Origin: Acidobacteriota bacterium
GTDB lineage: Bacteria > Acidobacteriota > Vicinamibacteria > Fen-336 > JAGNNV01
DNA: 64,000 nucleotides
Assembly (NCBI GenBank): GCA_032127745.1
Contig: JAQBHL010000225.1
Span: 655-64,654, forward strand
Direction of reading: 5' to 3'
This document shows positions 50,342-60,329 of the stretch, piece by piece; the first letter of the stretch is position 1; the number at the start of each line of letters is the position of its first letter. The position numbers and the translations under genes were made by a program. A model generated the notes under the pieces. The model did not search any database. It was not told the origin of the DNA and saw only the letters and a program-made list of their open reading frames with translations.

Positions 50342-51715
50342 CTACCGGACGGGCAGAACCGGGGTGGCGGGCGGTTGCGGATTCGGGGGCAGCGGCGGCG
50401 GCAGAGTGGTGAGAGGGGGGCCGTCCGGCGGACCCGAGGAGCCCGGTGGAGAAACCCCGGGGGCCGTGGTGGACGCGGTCAGGCTCCCGCCAGCAAGCTG
50501 CCCGGCCACCGTCAGGGTCCCCAGCAAGGGTTGGATGTTGCAGGACCGGGAATCGGCCAGCACCTGCTTCCAGCGGCTCCGCAGCCAGTCCATGGCCTCG
50601 CGGGCCCGGGCCCGCGTGATCTGACCCTTCGGCCCCGAATCGAAACCGACGCGCTTGAGCGCAGCGACGTAGTCCTCGGGCGAGGCCTTCAGACGCTGAA
50701 GTCGAATCCGGCCCACCATGGCGCCATCGGCCATCAGCACGGAGAAGGAATGCCGTCCCACGTTGAAATCGCTGGTGAGGATGGTGCGCCATCTCGGGGC
50801 CACAACTCCGCTCGAGCAGATGTCGGCGCCGCGGCAGGAGTCGGCGAGCCAGGTCTGTCCGCCGCCTTCAACCGTCCACACCGATACCGCGTACAGACCC
50901 GCGGTCTCGACATCGGCGTAGACGATCGCATGAAGTCCCTGGGTCGAGGCGCGGAGTTCGTAGCCTTCGGTCTCATCCCCGCCCTTTGCGAGCACCGATT
51001 CCGGGGCCAGCCGGTCGAAGGCTTCCGCACGAAGCTCGATCGGACCGTCAGCGGGTGGAAGCTCGTGCTCCAGATCCAGCGCCTGCAGCATGGTTCGCGC
51101 GAGGTCTTCGCTGGTGGCGAGGGCGGCGGCTCGCCAGCCGTTCTCGGGCTCGATCGGACCCAGACAGGGAGGCGAAACCTGGATCGACTCGAGCGATGTT
51201 CCTGGAGGCAGGATGACGGAGAGGGTGTGATTGCCGGGCTCCAGGCGGACCCAGCCCAGATCGACCGAGGTGTACTCGCTGCCGCTTCCAGTCGGGTGAT
51301 AGGTCTCGACGGAATCGAGTTGTCCATCCTTCCGGATCTCGACCTTGAACGGCCGATCCGGCGCGCCCTGCAGGCGAAGGCGCACGTTGTAGTCTCCGCT
51401 GCGAACGACCGGAAGATCGTAGGCACTCTCGCCGGATTCCGTGGCGGTGTCCACGAAGACGCCTCGTCGAGTCACGCCCGTGCCTCGCTTGTACTTCGAG
51501 GCGACGAGATACCGCTCGTCTTTCCAGGCCAGACCACGAAAGAGGGCATCGGCGTTCTCGACGCGTTGGAGCGCGTCCTCGAACCCAAGGCTGAGCATCA
51601 TCATGCGCGCCCACTCCGAGTGGGTCACGGGCGCGCGGCGAGGATCCCCATAGAGCGGCACCAGAATGGCCATGGACAGGGCCGCAACAATCCAGAGAGA
51701 GCGCTTAGGGTTCAT
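50342..51715 (-). CDS. Secreted hypothetical protein with Pro-rich C-terminal tail
   Basis: The signal peptide is MNPKRSLWIVAALSMAILVPLYG. Its amino-acid composition is unlike the Arg/Gly-rich shadow ORF on the opposite strand. Confidence 0.55.
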   Translation of the reverse strand: MNPKRSLWIVAALSMAILVPLYGDPRRAPVTHSEWARMMMLSLGFEDALQRVENADALFRGLAWKDERYLVASKYKRGTGVTRRGVFVDTATESGESAYDLPVVRSGDYNVRLRLQGAPDRPFKVEIRKDGQLDSVETYHPTGSGSEYTSVDLGWVRLEPGNHTLSVILPPGTSLESIQVSPPCLGPIEPENGWRAAALATSEDLARTMLQALDLEHELPPADGPIELRAEAFDRLAPESVLAKGGDETEGYELRASTQGLHAIVYADVETAGLYAVSVWTVEGGGQTWLADSCRGADICSSGVVAPRWRTILTSDFNVGRHSFSVLMADGAMVGRIRLQRLKASPEDYVAALKRVGFDSGPKGQITRARAREAMDWLRSRWKQVLADSRSCNIQPLLGTLTVAGQLAGGSLTASTTAPGVSPPGSSGPPDGPPLTTLPPPLPPNPQPPATPVLPVR

Positions 51716-51761
51716 CGACAAGGGCCGGTCCGGACAACTCTATCCACCATTCCGGACGTCC

Positions 51762-51797
51762 CGGAGAAGAAGGAGAGAAGGAAGGAAGGAAGGACTT
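51762..51797. repeat. GA-rich (GGAA/GAAG)n purine tract
   Basis: ccggagaagaaggagagaaggaaggaaggaaggac read directly in the divergent promoter region. Confidence 0.6.
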
Positions 51798-51923
51798 GAT
51801 ACAAACCGGGGTGATGATGTACCGAACTCGTTGAATACACAAAACTAGGGTTGTGATCACGCTCACCCGCGTCCGTGGCGTTCCGATCCCGCCAGCCGCT
51901 AACTGTATAGTGTAACTTGTTCA

Positions 51924-52379
51924 ATGCAAAGAGCATTTGATGACGAAACGGCCATCCTAGAGGCCCACTTGAAACGCCGCGGCCTCAACCGAAGCTCGCG
52001 GCGGGATCTCGTGGTTAGCGCCTTTCTCTCCTCGAACAAACATTTGTCGGTCGATGATCTGTATGCCCTCGTCCGCCGAAAGTCTCCCGCCATCGGGCGG
52101 ACCACCGTCTACCGGACCCTGAAGCTCCTGGAGAACGCGGGGCTGGCCCAGGCTTTGGTGCTGAAGGGCGAAACGCGGTTTGAGCGCGTCTTCAACCGGC
52201 GCCATCACGACCACTTTATCTGCAACGATTGCGGAGCCATCTTTGAGTTCAGTTCGGACGAAATCGAGGCCCTCCAGGAAGAGGAGGCGGGCCGCATCGG
52301 CTTTCGGATCGACGGACACGAGCACCGGGTGTTCGGAAAATGCGCCACCTGCCAGGGAGCCGGGAAGCAAACGCGGTGA
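51924..52379 (+). CDS. fur: Fur-family metalloregulator (Fur/Zur/PerR)
   Basis: An N-terminal winged helix DLYALVRRKSPAIGRTTVYRTLKLLENAGL is followed by the C-terminal HxH...CxxC metal site. Confidence 0.85.
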   Translation: MQRAFDDETAILEAHLKRRGLNRSSRRDLVVSAFLSSNKHLSVDDLYALVRRKSPAIGRTTVYRTLKLLENAGLAQALVLKGETRFERVFNRRHHDHFICNDCGAIFEFSSDEIEALQEEEAGRIGFRIDGHEHRVFGKCATCQGAGKQTR

Positions 52380-53497
52380 AACTCCGCATCACCCGCATCG
52401 AACTTCGGCACCTGAAAATGCCGCTCCGGTTCCGTTTCGAAACTTCCTTCGGGGCCATGACCGAAAAGTCGTTTCTGCTGGCCCGGGTCTTCGCGGACGA
52501 CGGCGCCTGGGGTCTGGGCGAATGCGTGGCCGAGGATCATCCGTACTACCTCCCCGAGACCAATGGAACGGTGACCCATGTCATTCGCGACTTTCTGGCT
52601 CCGCTTATCCTGGGCCACGTTTTCGAGAGCCCCGCGGAGACGGACGGCCTCCTGTCCAGGATCCGGGGTCACGAGATGGCGAAGGCGACCATCGAAATGG
52701 CCATCTGGGATCTGTTCGCGCGCGCGCGCGGAGAAGCGCTCTCAAAGACCCTTGGGGGAGCGGCGATGGAGACCATCCCTGCGGGTGTTTCCATCGGCCT
52801 GCAGGCCGACGTTCCTGCTCTTCTCGAACGTGTGGCCATCGAGGTCGCGGCCGGATACCAGCGGATCAAGATCAAGATCAAGCCGGGCGCCGATATCGAG
52901 CTCGCGCGCGCGATTCGGAAGGAGTTTCCGTCCCTTCCCCTGATGGTCGACGCCAACAGCGCCTACACCCTCGAAGACGCGGAGACCCTGGAGCGATTCG
53001 ACGAGTTCAACCTGATGATGATCGAGCAGCCCCTGGCCTGGCACGACATCGTGGACCATTCGAAGCTCCAGCCCAAGCTCAAGACCCCGATCTGTCTCGA
53101 CGAGTCGATCACCAGCCCCGCCGCGGCCCTTAGCGCGCTGTCGGTGGGCGCGTGTGGAATCATCAACATCAAGGCGGGGCGGGTGGGCGGTCTGTTGAAC
53201 TCGAAGCGCATTCAGGCCGCCTGTGCCGAGCGGGCCATCCCGGTCTGGTGCGGCGGCATGCTCGAATCGGGAATCGGCCGGCTGGCCAATGTCCATCTCC
53301 AGACCCTGCCCGGGTTCAAGCTGCCGGGCGACACCTCCGCGAGCGCCCGCTACTTCGACGAAGATCTGATCGAGCCCGGGGTCACCGTGGATGCCCGCGG
53401 CCGGATCCGGGTGCCGGACCAGCCCGGCCTCGGGCATGAAGTGGTCTGGTCGCGAGTCGATCGCGCCACTGTGCATCGAGAGGTCTGGACGATCTGA
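52376..53497 (+). CDS. Enolase-superfamily enzyme, o-succinylbenzoate synthase / N-acylamino-acid racemase-like
   Basis: GTG start in a GTGA overlap with fur. The metal ligands are in KIKIKPG...MVDANSAYT...MIEQPL...ICLDES. Confidence 0.7.
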   Translation: MKLRITRIELRHLKMPLRFRFETSFGAMTEKSFLLARVFADDGAWGLGECVAEDHPYYLPETNGTVTHVIRDFLAPLILGHVFESPAETDGLLSRIRGHEMAKATIEMAIWDLFARARGEALSKTLGGAAMETIPAGVSIGLQADVPALLERVAIEVAAGYQRIKIKIKPGADIELARAIRKEFPSLPLMVDANSAYTLEDAETLERFDEFNLMMIEQPLAWHDIVDHSKLQPKLKTPICLDESITSPAAALSALSVGACGIINIKAGRVGGLLNSKRIQAACAERAIPVWCGGMLESGIGRLANVHLQTLPGFKLPGDTSASARYFDEDLIEPGVTVDARGRIRVPDQPGLGHEVVWSRVDRATVHREVWTI

Positions 53498-53574
53498 ACC
53501 GGGGGAGGAAGAGGGCACCCATGCACATGAGAGGGCGTTGGTCAGATATTCTGTCCCTTGTACTCTGAAGAATC

Positions 53575-54123
53575 ATGGAACAGACTCTGGTTCTGAACGC
53601 GACCTACGAACCATTGGGCGTGGTGTCGTGGCAGCGCGCCATGACCCTGCTCTATCAGAACAAGGTCGAAGTGGTGGCCAACTACGAGCGCTTCGTGCGG
53701 GGGGTGAAGGCCGCCATTCCGCTCCCTTCCGTGCTGCGCCTGTTGCGTCACGTGCGCCTGCGACGGATCTTCTCCGAAGTGCCTTTTTCGCGAACCAACG
53801 TGTACGCCCGGGACGACTACCGCTGCCAGTATTGCGGCCGGGAATTCGACTCGGCCCGGCTCACTTTCGACCACGTGGTTCCGGTGGCCAGAGGCGGCCT
53901 CAAGACCTGGGAGAACATCGTCACCTGCTGCATCGAATGCAACCGGAAGAAGGGCGACCGCCTGCCCGACGAGCGGGGCTTGCGCCTCATCCGCAAGCCG
54001 CGCCGGCCTGACCTTCCCCGCGCCCTGGCCCTGATCTTCGCCCATCGGTTCGCCCACGAGACCTGGCGCGACTATCTCTATTTCGGCCGGCGTTCGCAAC
54101 CTGCCTACGGCGGCCTCGGTTGA
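53575..54123 (+). CDS. HNH endonuclease
   Basis: The sequence CQYCGREFDSARLTFDHVVPVARGG...CCIECNRKKGDRLP contains the HNH and zinc motifs. Confidence 0.8.
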   Translation: MEQTLVLNATYEPLGVVSWQRAMTLLYQNKVEVVANYERFVRGVKAAIPLPSVLRLLRHVRLRRIFSEVPFSRTNVYARDDYRCQYCGREFDSARLTFDHVVPVARGGLKTWENIVTCCIECNRKKGDRLPDERGLRLIRKPRRPDLPRALALIFAHRFAHETWRDYLYFGRRSQPAYGGLG

Positions 54124-55214
54124 GCCTAAAGGGCGAACTCGGCACCATGGCCCTCGCGGACATCCTTCAGTGGGTGTCGCAGGGCCGGAAGACGGGAACC
54201 CTGCACGTCACCCGAGGCGCGGTCGAGAAACGGGTCTCGTTCTCCGCCGGCACCATTCATTCGTCATGGTCCAACGACCCTCGTGAGTCCTTGGGCCAGT
54301 TCCTGATCCGGGAAAGACTGGTCAGCGAAGAGCAGTTGTTCAAGACCCTGCTCCGGCAGGAAGGCCAGGAGCAGCCGCTGGGGGCCCTGCTCGTGGAAAG
54401 CGGGATGCTCGACGATGAAGACCTGCGCCGCATGCTTGTCCAGCAGGCCGAGGAGACGATCTACGACCTCTTCCACTGGACGGAGGGCCACTTCGAATTC
54501 ACGGACGGAGAAATCGAGAAAGACGCGCCTTTCCCGGTGGACCTCTACGTGACCACCGTCATCATGGAGGGCATCCGGCGGATCGACGAGTGGGAGCGGA
54601 TGCGGGAACTTATTCCCTCCACCGAGTCCACGTTTCGGGCCCTCGGCCAGCCCGTGGATCCGGTGGATCACGAGGTCCTGCTTCTATGCTCCGAGGACAA
54701 GGGCGTCACCGAGATCGCTTTCGCGTTGCGACGAACCGTCTTTGACACCACGGTCCTGCTGTACGAGATGCACCGTCGGGGACTCATTTGCGTGGACCGT
54801 CCGGGCAAGTCCACGGACCCTTTCGAAACCGTGGATCGAATCCAGGGCGGGCTCGAAGCGGCCGCCCAGGCCATCGAAGCCCTTGACTTCGACGCCGCCC
54901 TGACCAGCTACGAGGCCGTCCTGAAGCTCGACCCGTTGAACCTCCACGCCAGGAAGGGCCTGGTCAAAGCCATCGAGGGGCGCGGACGAACGCTTTCCTT
55001 GCGCCTGGTGCCGAGAAACAAGATCCCCCGGCTGCTGGTTTCCATCGCCCAACTCACCCAGGAGAAGTTCGACCCTCGGGAAGGCTTTGTGCTCTCTCGC
55101 GTGAATGGCGAATGGGACGTCCAGTCGATCCTGAAGATCTGCCCCATGCCCGAAGACGAAGCCATGCTGATTTTCTCGAGGCTGTTCGAGCGCCAGGTCA
55201 TCGAATTCGTCTGA
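54120..55214 (+). CDS. DUF4388-domain protein
   Basis: TTGA overlap start. The N-terminus LKGELGTMALADILQWV is the DUF4388 signature. Confidence 0.55.
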   Translation: MSLKGELGTMALADILQWVSQGRKTGTLHVTRGAVEKRVSFSAGTIHSSWSNDPRESLGQFLIRERLVSEEQLFKTLLRQEGQEQPLGALLVESGMLDDEDLRRMLVQQAEETIYDLFHWTEGHFEFTDGEIEKDAPFPVDLYVTTVIMEGIRRIDEWERMRELIPSTESTFRALGQPVDPVDHEVLLLCSEDKGVTEIAFALRRTVFDTTVLLYEMHRRGLICVDRPGKSTDPFETVDRIQGGLEAAAQAIEALDFDAALTSYEAVLKLDPLNLHARKGLVKAIEGRGRTLSLRLVPRNKIPRLLVSIAQLTQEKFDPREGFVLSRVNGEWDVQSILKICPMPEDEAMLIFSRLFERQVIEFV

Positions 55215-55361
55215 AGCCTCCTCGGTCTGGACCCCGGCTTTCGCCGGGGTGACGGAAGGTGCCCGGCGGAAGTCGGGGTCCACGGCTCCGCTCTTCTTTC
55301 GTCACGCCGGCAGAAGCCGGCGTCCCGGCTGACGCTTCGGGGCGGGCCATCACGGCTCTGC

Positions 55362-57140
55362 TCAGAAGGGGTAGCTGCTCTTGTCCAGGGTCATCGCGGC
55401 GAGCGAGCGCCGCAGGGGGATGGTGGCCATGGGCTGACGGTCGGTGAAGCGGGCCACGCCCTCCATGCAGGTGGCCAGCATGTCCCCGCTTTCAATGGCG
55501 GGCAGGGCCTGGCGGGCCGCGGCCTCGATCCGGCTCACCGCGCCCTCCGCGAAGACCTGCAGAGCGGCGAGGAAAGGCGCCGCCGCCGCTTCGCCATCGC
55601 GCTCGGCCTTCTTACGCGTTCTCAGCAGCGCGCTCTCCAGAGCGTAGGTGTCGATGGCCACATCGGCGAAAAAGCCCATCACCTCCTGCTCGTCCTGCAG
55701 CCTGGCCTGGAACTTCTGGGCGGCGAGAGCGAGGAGCATGAGAGATATTTTCTTCGCTCCTTTGCTCAGCCGGATCTCCGCGGCCAGGAAGCCTGAGTCG
55801 GCGGCCGACGGCCGGCCTTCGGGACGCGGCTCGTCCAGCAGGGCCATGGCCGCATCGAAGATGGGCAGAGTGCCCTTGAGGGCGCGACGAACCAGCCGGC
55901 CGGGCACGAGCAGGCGATTGATCTCGTTGGTGCCTTCGAAGATCCGATTGATGCGCGCGTCGCGGTAGTAGCGCTCGACCGGATAGTCCTCCACGTAACC
56001 GGCCCCGCCAAGGATCTGGACCGTCTCGTCCACCACGAAGTCGAGGACCTCGGAGCAGAAGACCTTGACCATCGAACACTCGGCGTCGTATTCCTCGATG
56101 CGCTTGAGCGCGGTGGCGTTGTCGTTGACGCCTTCGAGGTTGGCGTCGATCATGCCCGCGGTCCGATAGACCATCGACTCGGCGGCGAAGATGCGCGAGG
56201 TCATCTCGCCGATCTTGGATTGAATCAGGCCGAAATCGGCGATCTTCCGGCCGAAAGCGCTGCGATCCTTCGCGTACTCGCAGGCCGCCTTCAACGCGAC
56301 CTCCGAACCGCCCACGCAGCCGGCGCCCAGCTTGAACCGCCCGATGTTGAGGATGTTGAAGGCGATCTTGTGGCCCTTGCCGATCTCGCCCAGAAGGTTC
56401 TCCCTGGGAATCACCGCATCCTGCAGAATCAGGGGGCGGGTGGAGCTGCCCTTGATGCCGAGCTTGCGCTCCTCGGGCCCGAGGGACACGCCCGGCGAAC
56501 CCTGGTCGATGATGAAGGCGGTGAAATGCTCGCCGTCGACCTTGGCGAAGGTGATGTAGACGTCGGCGAACCCTCCGTTGGTGAGCCACATCTTCTCGCC
56601 GTTCAGGATCCAGCTCTGGCCGTCGGGCGAGAGCACGGCCTTGGCCTTCGCGTTCAGGGCGTCGGACGCGGACGAAGCCTCGGAGAGCGAATAGGAACTG
56701 ATCCATTCCCCGGTGCCGAACTTGGGCAGATATTTCGCCTTCTGCTCCTCGGTCCCGAAGTAGGTGATGGGCAACGTGCCGATTCCGGTGTGGCCCATGA
56801 AGGTGACCGCCCAGCTACCCTCCATGGCGGAGATCTGGGAGGCCAGGGCTCCCGTGACCTTGCCGAGGGCGAGGCCGCCGTGCTCCTCGGGCACTTCGAT
56901 GGCCAGAAGACCGATCTCCCCCGCCTTGCGCATCAATTCGCGGATGGCCTGGTAGTCGAGCTTGAGGATCTCCGCGGTCTTCGGCAGGACGTCCTTGAGC
57001 ATGAAATCCCGCGCGGTCTGAGCGAGCATCTCCTGCTCGTCGGTGAAGTCCTCGGGGGTGAAGATGTCCCGGGACGATCGATCCTCGATCAGAAACTCGC
57101 CGCCTTTGGCGGGCGCGGGCAGAACGGCTTCGCTGGTCAT
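55362..57140 (-). CDS. Acyl-CoA dehydrogenase (long-chain, FadE-like)
   Basis: The ACAD N, middle and C domains are present. Confidence 0.85.
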   Translation of the reverse strand: MTSEAVLPAPAKGGEFLIEDRSSRDIFTPEDFTDEQEMLAQTARDFMLKDVLPKTAEILKLDYQAIRELMRKAGEIGLLAIEVPEEHGGLALGKVTGALASQISAMEGSWAVTFMGHTGIGTLPITYFGTEEQKAKYLPKFGTGEWISSYSLSEASSASDALNAKAKAVLSPDGQSWILNGEKMWLTNGGFADVYITFAKVDGEHFTAFIIDQGSPGVSLGPEERKLGIKGSSTRPLILQDAVIPRENLLGEIGKGHKIAFNILNIGRFKLGAGCVGGSEVALKAACEYAKDRSAFGRKIADFGLIQSKIGEMTSRIFAAESMVYRTAGMIDANLEGVNDNATALKRIEEYDAECSMVKVFCSEVLDFVVDETVQILGGAGYVEDYPVERYYRDARINRIFEGTNEINRLLVPGRLVRRALKGTLPIFDAAMALLDEPRPEGRPSAADSGFLAAEIRLSKGAKKISLMLLALAAQKFQARLQDEQEVMGFFADVAIDTYALESALLRTRKKAERDGEAAAAPFLAALQVFAEGAVSRIEAAARQALPAIESGDMLATCMEGVARFTDRQPMATIPLRRSLAAMTLDKSSYPF

Positions 57141-57170
57141 GAGCGTTTCCTCAATCAGTGCGGGCTGGGG

Positions 57171-58967
57171 TCACGCGACGGGCGTGTACATGCGATCGAT
57201 CAGGTCCTTGTATTTCGCTTCCACCACCCGCCGCTTGACCTTCAGGGTCGGGGTCAGCTCCCCCGCGTCGATGGAGAACTCCCTGGGCAGGAGGGTGATC
57301 CTCTTGATCTTCTCGTACGAGGCCAGATCCTTCGACATCGAGGTGATGGCGTGCTCCACCAGCTCGATCACGCGGGGATTCGTCAGCAGCTCTTCGCGCG
57401 ACGCTTTGGCCACCCGGTGCTCGCCCGCCTCCCGGACCAGGTTCTCGAAATTCGGGACCACCAGAGCGGTCGGATAGTTGCGGCCGTTGCCCACCACGAC
57501 GATCTCCGCAATCAGGGGATGCGTCTTCATGATGTTTTCGATGGGCTGGGGCGCGATGTTCTTTCCCGCCGAGGTCACGATCAGATCCTTCTTGCGATCG
57601 GTGATGTAGAGGTACCCGTCCGCGTCGAGCCGGCCGATGTCGCCGGTATGGAAGAAGCCGTCGCGGTCGATGACTTCCGCGGTGGCTTCGGGCTTGTTGA
57701 AGTAGCCGCGCATCACGTGGGGGCCGCGGGTCAGGATCTCGCCGTCCCCCGCGATTCTCACCTCGATTCCGCCGATGGGCCGGCCGACACTTCCCTGCCG
57801 GTTGTCCCAGGGCGTGTTGACGGCGATGACCGGCGAGGTCTCGGTGAGACCGTAGCCTTCGAGAATGGGCAGGCCCATGGCCCCGAAGAACATGCCGATC
57901 TCCTTGGGCAGGGCGGCGCCGCCGGAGACCGCGATCTTTATGCTGCCGCCGAGGCCGGAGCGGACCGTGCTCAGAACCAGGCGATCGGCGAGCGCGTGCT
58001 TGAAGGCGAGCCACGGCGACGGTTTCTCGCCCCGCTGGCCGGCCTCGAACACCGCGCGACCGGCGGCCTCGGCAAAGGCGAAAAGCTTCTTCCGCATCGG
58101 CGAAGAGGTGGCCACTTTCTCTCGCACCCGGGCCATGACCTTTTCATAGAGGCGCGGCACCGAGATCAGGATGGTGGGCCTGATCTCGGCCAGATTCTGG
58201 GGAACCTTGTCGAAGGCCTCCGCATAGGAGATGGTGACGCCGCGCTTCAGCATCACGAACTGGCCGCCCATTCGCTCGAACACGTGGCACAGGGGCAGGA
58301 AAGACAGCACCGAATCGGCGGGCCCCAGGATGCTGAAGATGGCCTTCGCGCAGGTCTCGATGTTCGACCCCAGGTTGGCGTGGGTCAGCATCACACCCTT
58401 GGGATCGCCGGTGGTGCCCGAGGTGTAGATCAAAGTGGCCAGGTCGTCGGGCCGCACGGTGGCGGCGCGGCGGCGAATGAGGTCGGGGTCGAGAGCGAGG
58501 GCCCGACGCCCCACCTCGCGGAGCGAAGCGAGGGTCTGAGTTCCGAGGACCGAGGCGTCGTCCATCACGACCACGTGCTGAAGAGCGGGCGCTTCCGCCT
58601 TCACGGAGAGAATTTTCTCGGCCTGGGAAGGGGTCGAGGCCACCACGATGCGCGCGCCGCTGTCCTTGAGGATGTAGAGGATCTGCTTCGGAGGAAGGGA
58701 GGGATAGATCGTCACCACGGTCCCGCGAATGCACAGGGTGGCGAGGTCGGCGTAGGCCCACTCGGGCCGGTTCTCGCCCAGGATGGCCACCCGCTCCGCG
58801 GGCTTCAGGCCCAGGCTCTCGAAACCGGCCGCCACCTCCTCGACCGCAGTCTTGAATTCCGCCGACGAAATCGACGTCCAGACCCTGCCCTTCTTCACCT
58901 TCAGGTGATCGGGTTTGCGAAACTGGTCGACGGAACGGTAGAAGATTTCTGAGAGGGTCTCGGTCAC
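57171..58967 (-). CDS. fadD: Long-chain-fatty-acid--CoA ligase
   Basis: The AMP-binding motif is YTSGTTGDPKGVMLTH. The gene abuts the tetR stop. Confidence 0.85.
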   Translation of the reverse strand: MTETLSEIFYRSVDQFRKPDHLKVKKGRVWTSISSAEFKTAVEEVAAGFESLGLKPAERVAILGENRPEWAYADLATLCIRGTVVTIYPSLPPKQILYILKDSGARIVVASTPSQAEKILSVKAEAPALQHVVVMDDASVLGTQTLASLREVGRRALALDPDLIRRRAATVRPDDLATLIYTSGTTGDPKGVMLTHANLGSNIETCAKAIFSILGPADSVLSFLPLCHVFERMGGQFVMLKRGVTISYAEAFDKVPQNLAEIRPTILISVPRLYEKVMARVREKVATSSPMRKKLFAFAEAAGRAVFEAGQRGEKPSPWLAFKHALADRLVLSTVRSGLGGSIKIAVSGGAALPKEIGMFFGAMGLPILEGYGLTETSPVIAVNTPWDNRQGSVGRPIGGIEVRIAGDGEILTRGPHVMRGYFNKPEATAEVIDRDGFFHTGDIGRLDADGYLYITDRKKDLIVTSAGKNIAPQPIENIMKTHPLIAEIVVVGNGRNYPTALVVPNFENLVREAGEHRVAKASREELLTNPRVIELVEHAITSMSKDLASYEKIKRITLLPREFSIDAGELTPTLKVKRRVVEAKYKDLIDRMYTPVA

Positions 58968-59600
58968 TTACGATTCTCCACGGGCCGTGAGGCGCTTCGT
59001 TCTGGGTCGCTTTGGACTCGCATCGAGACCACCCAGGAACAGGTCGGTCACAGGCTCGGCCAGATCCACGAGATTGTAGTGGGTCGGAGAGAGGATCCAC
59101 GATGTCACCATCTCATCGAGGGCGCCGAAGAATGCCTGAACCACCAGGCTGCGCGGCAGCCTGGCCGTGAAGACACCTTTCGCCTGTCCCTCTTCGATCA
59201 CCATCGAAAGCAGATCGAAATAGCGGCGCAGCTCTTTGGAAGAAAGCCGCGACATGAGCGTCGACTGTCGCAGCTCGGTCTGGAACAGGATGGCCACATC
59301 GCGGCGCTCGCTCAGGGCGGCGAGATGGTGACGGGCGATGGCGAGGAGCTTCTCGCGCGGCGTCCGGGCCCCTTCAATCTCCTCCTTCGCCCGGGCCAGA
59401 TGCCGCTCGAGGACGTCGGCGAAGAGGGAGACGATGATGTCTTCCTTGTTCTTGAAGTACAGATAGATGGTGCCATCGGCCACGCCGGCCGCCCCCGCGA
59501 TGTCGCTCACCCGGGCGGTGAAGTATCCCTTCCGGGCGAAGACCGTCACCGCGGCCTCCAGAATCTGCCGCCTCTTGTCTCCTTCGGGTTTTCTGGCCAT
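58968..59600 (-). CDS. TetR/AcrR-family transcriptional regulator
   Basis: The N-terminal HTH is ILEAAVTVFARKGYFTARVSDIAGAAGVADGTIYLYFKNKEDI. Confidence 0.85.
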   Translation of the reverse strand: MARKPEGDKRRQILEAAVTVFARKGYFTARVSDIAGAAGVADGTIYLYFKNKEDIIVSLFADVLERHLARAKEEIEGARTPREKLLAIARHHLAALSERRDVAILFQTELRQSTLMSRLSSKELRRYFDLLSMVIEEGQAKGVFTARLPRSLVVQAFFGALDEMVTSWILSPTHYNLVDLAEPVTDLFLGGLDASPKRPRTKRLTARGES

Positions 59601-59690
59601 GTCTGAGCGTGCTTTCTGATCGACACCCTGACCCCCTTGGGTCCCCGGGGTCGATACCGGCGAATGGAGACCTTAGAATGCCAGAAAGGC

Positions 59691-60329
59691 ATGAGGTTCC
59701 GCTATATCGCCATTGAGGGTGTGATCGGCGTTGGCAAGACCACCCTGGTGGAGGCTTTGGCCGAGCGTATCGACGCCACCCAGGTTCTGGAGGAATGGGA
59801 GGAAAACCCTTTCCTGAAGCCTTTCTACGACGGCAAGGCCCACTCGGCCTTCCAGACCGAAGTCTTTTTCCTGCTTTCGCGCTATCGCCAGCAGCGCGAA
59901 CTGGTCCAGAGAAAACTCTTCGCCGACACTCTGGTGGCCGACTACGTCTTCGAGAAGAGCCGCCTTTTCGGGTATCTCAACCTGGACGACTCCGACCTGT
60001 CGATCTTCGAGAAGCTCTACTCCGCGCTGTCCGAGGGCCTGCCCAAGCCGGACGTGATCATCTACCTGCAAGCGCAAACCGACGTGCTGATGCGGCGGAT
60101 TCAGAGCCGCGGGCGGCCCGAGGAGCGCGGCATCGCGCGCGAGTACATCAACGAACTCGGCCAGGCCTATAACCACTACTACTTCCATTACGACGCCACC
60201 CCCCTGCTGGTGGTGAACACGGAGGACGTGAATTTCTCGCGGCGCCCCGAGGATGTGGATGACCTGCTGAAGCAGCTGAGGACGCTGACCGGGGGGACGC
60301 AGTACTACACCCCGCGGCCTCGGGGGTGA
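59691..60329 (+). CDS. Deoxynucleoside kinase
   Basis: The P-loop is IAIEGVIGVGKTTL. An AAAGG RBS lies 6 nt upstream of the ATG at 59691. Confidence 0.75.
   Translation: MRFRYIAIEGVIGVGKTTLVEALAERIDATQVLEEWEENPFLKPFYDGKAHSAFQTEVFFLLSRYRQQRELVQRKLFADTLVADYVFEKSRLFGYLNLDDSDLSIFEKLYSALSEGLPKPDVIIYLQAQTDVLMRRIQSRGRPEERGIAREYINELGQAYNHYYFHYDATPLLVVNTEDVNFSRRPEDVDDLLKQLRTLTGGTQYYTPRPRG

Noticed and set aside
51849-51923. Fur box upstream of fur
   Set aside because: No convincing match to a GATAATGATAATCATTATC-type palindrome was found by eye. Only a TATAGT -10-like hexamer was seen.
53575-54123. HNH endonuclease as the restriction half of an R-M system
   Set aside because: There is no DNA methyltransferase or specificity subunit nearby. 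The methyltransferases in this window are small-molecule/sugar type class-I enzymes ~40 kb away.
55215-55361. GC-rich hairpins CCCCGGC-tttc-GCCGGGG (55232..55249) and GCCGGC-agaa-GCCGGC (55306..55321) between convergent genes as intrinsic terminators
   Set aside because: Neither is followed by a U-tract on either strand. They may still act as Rho-independent-like stem-loops, but support is weak.
56220-58952. 910-aa + strand ORF
   Set aside because: It is antisense to the acyl-CoA dehydrogenase and fadD genes, which have strong family motifs.
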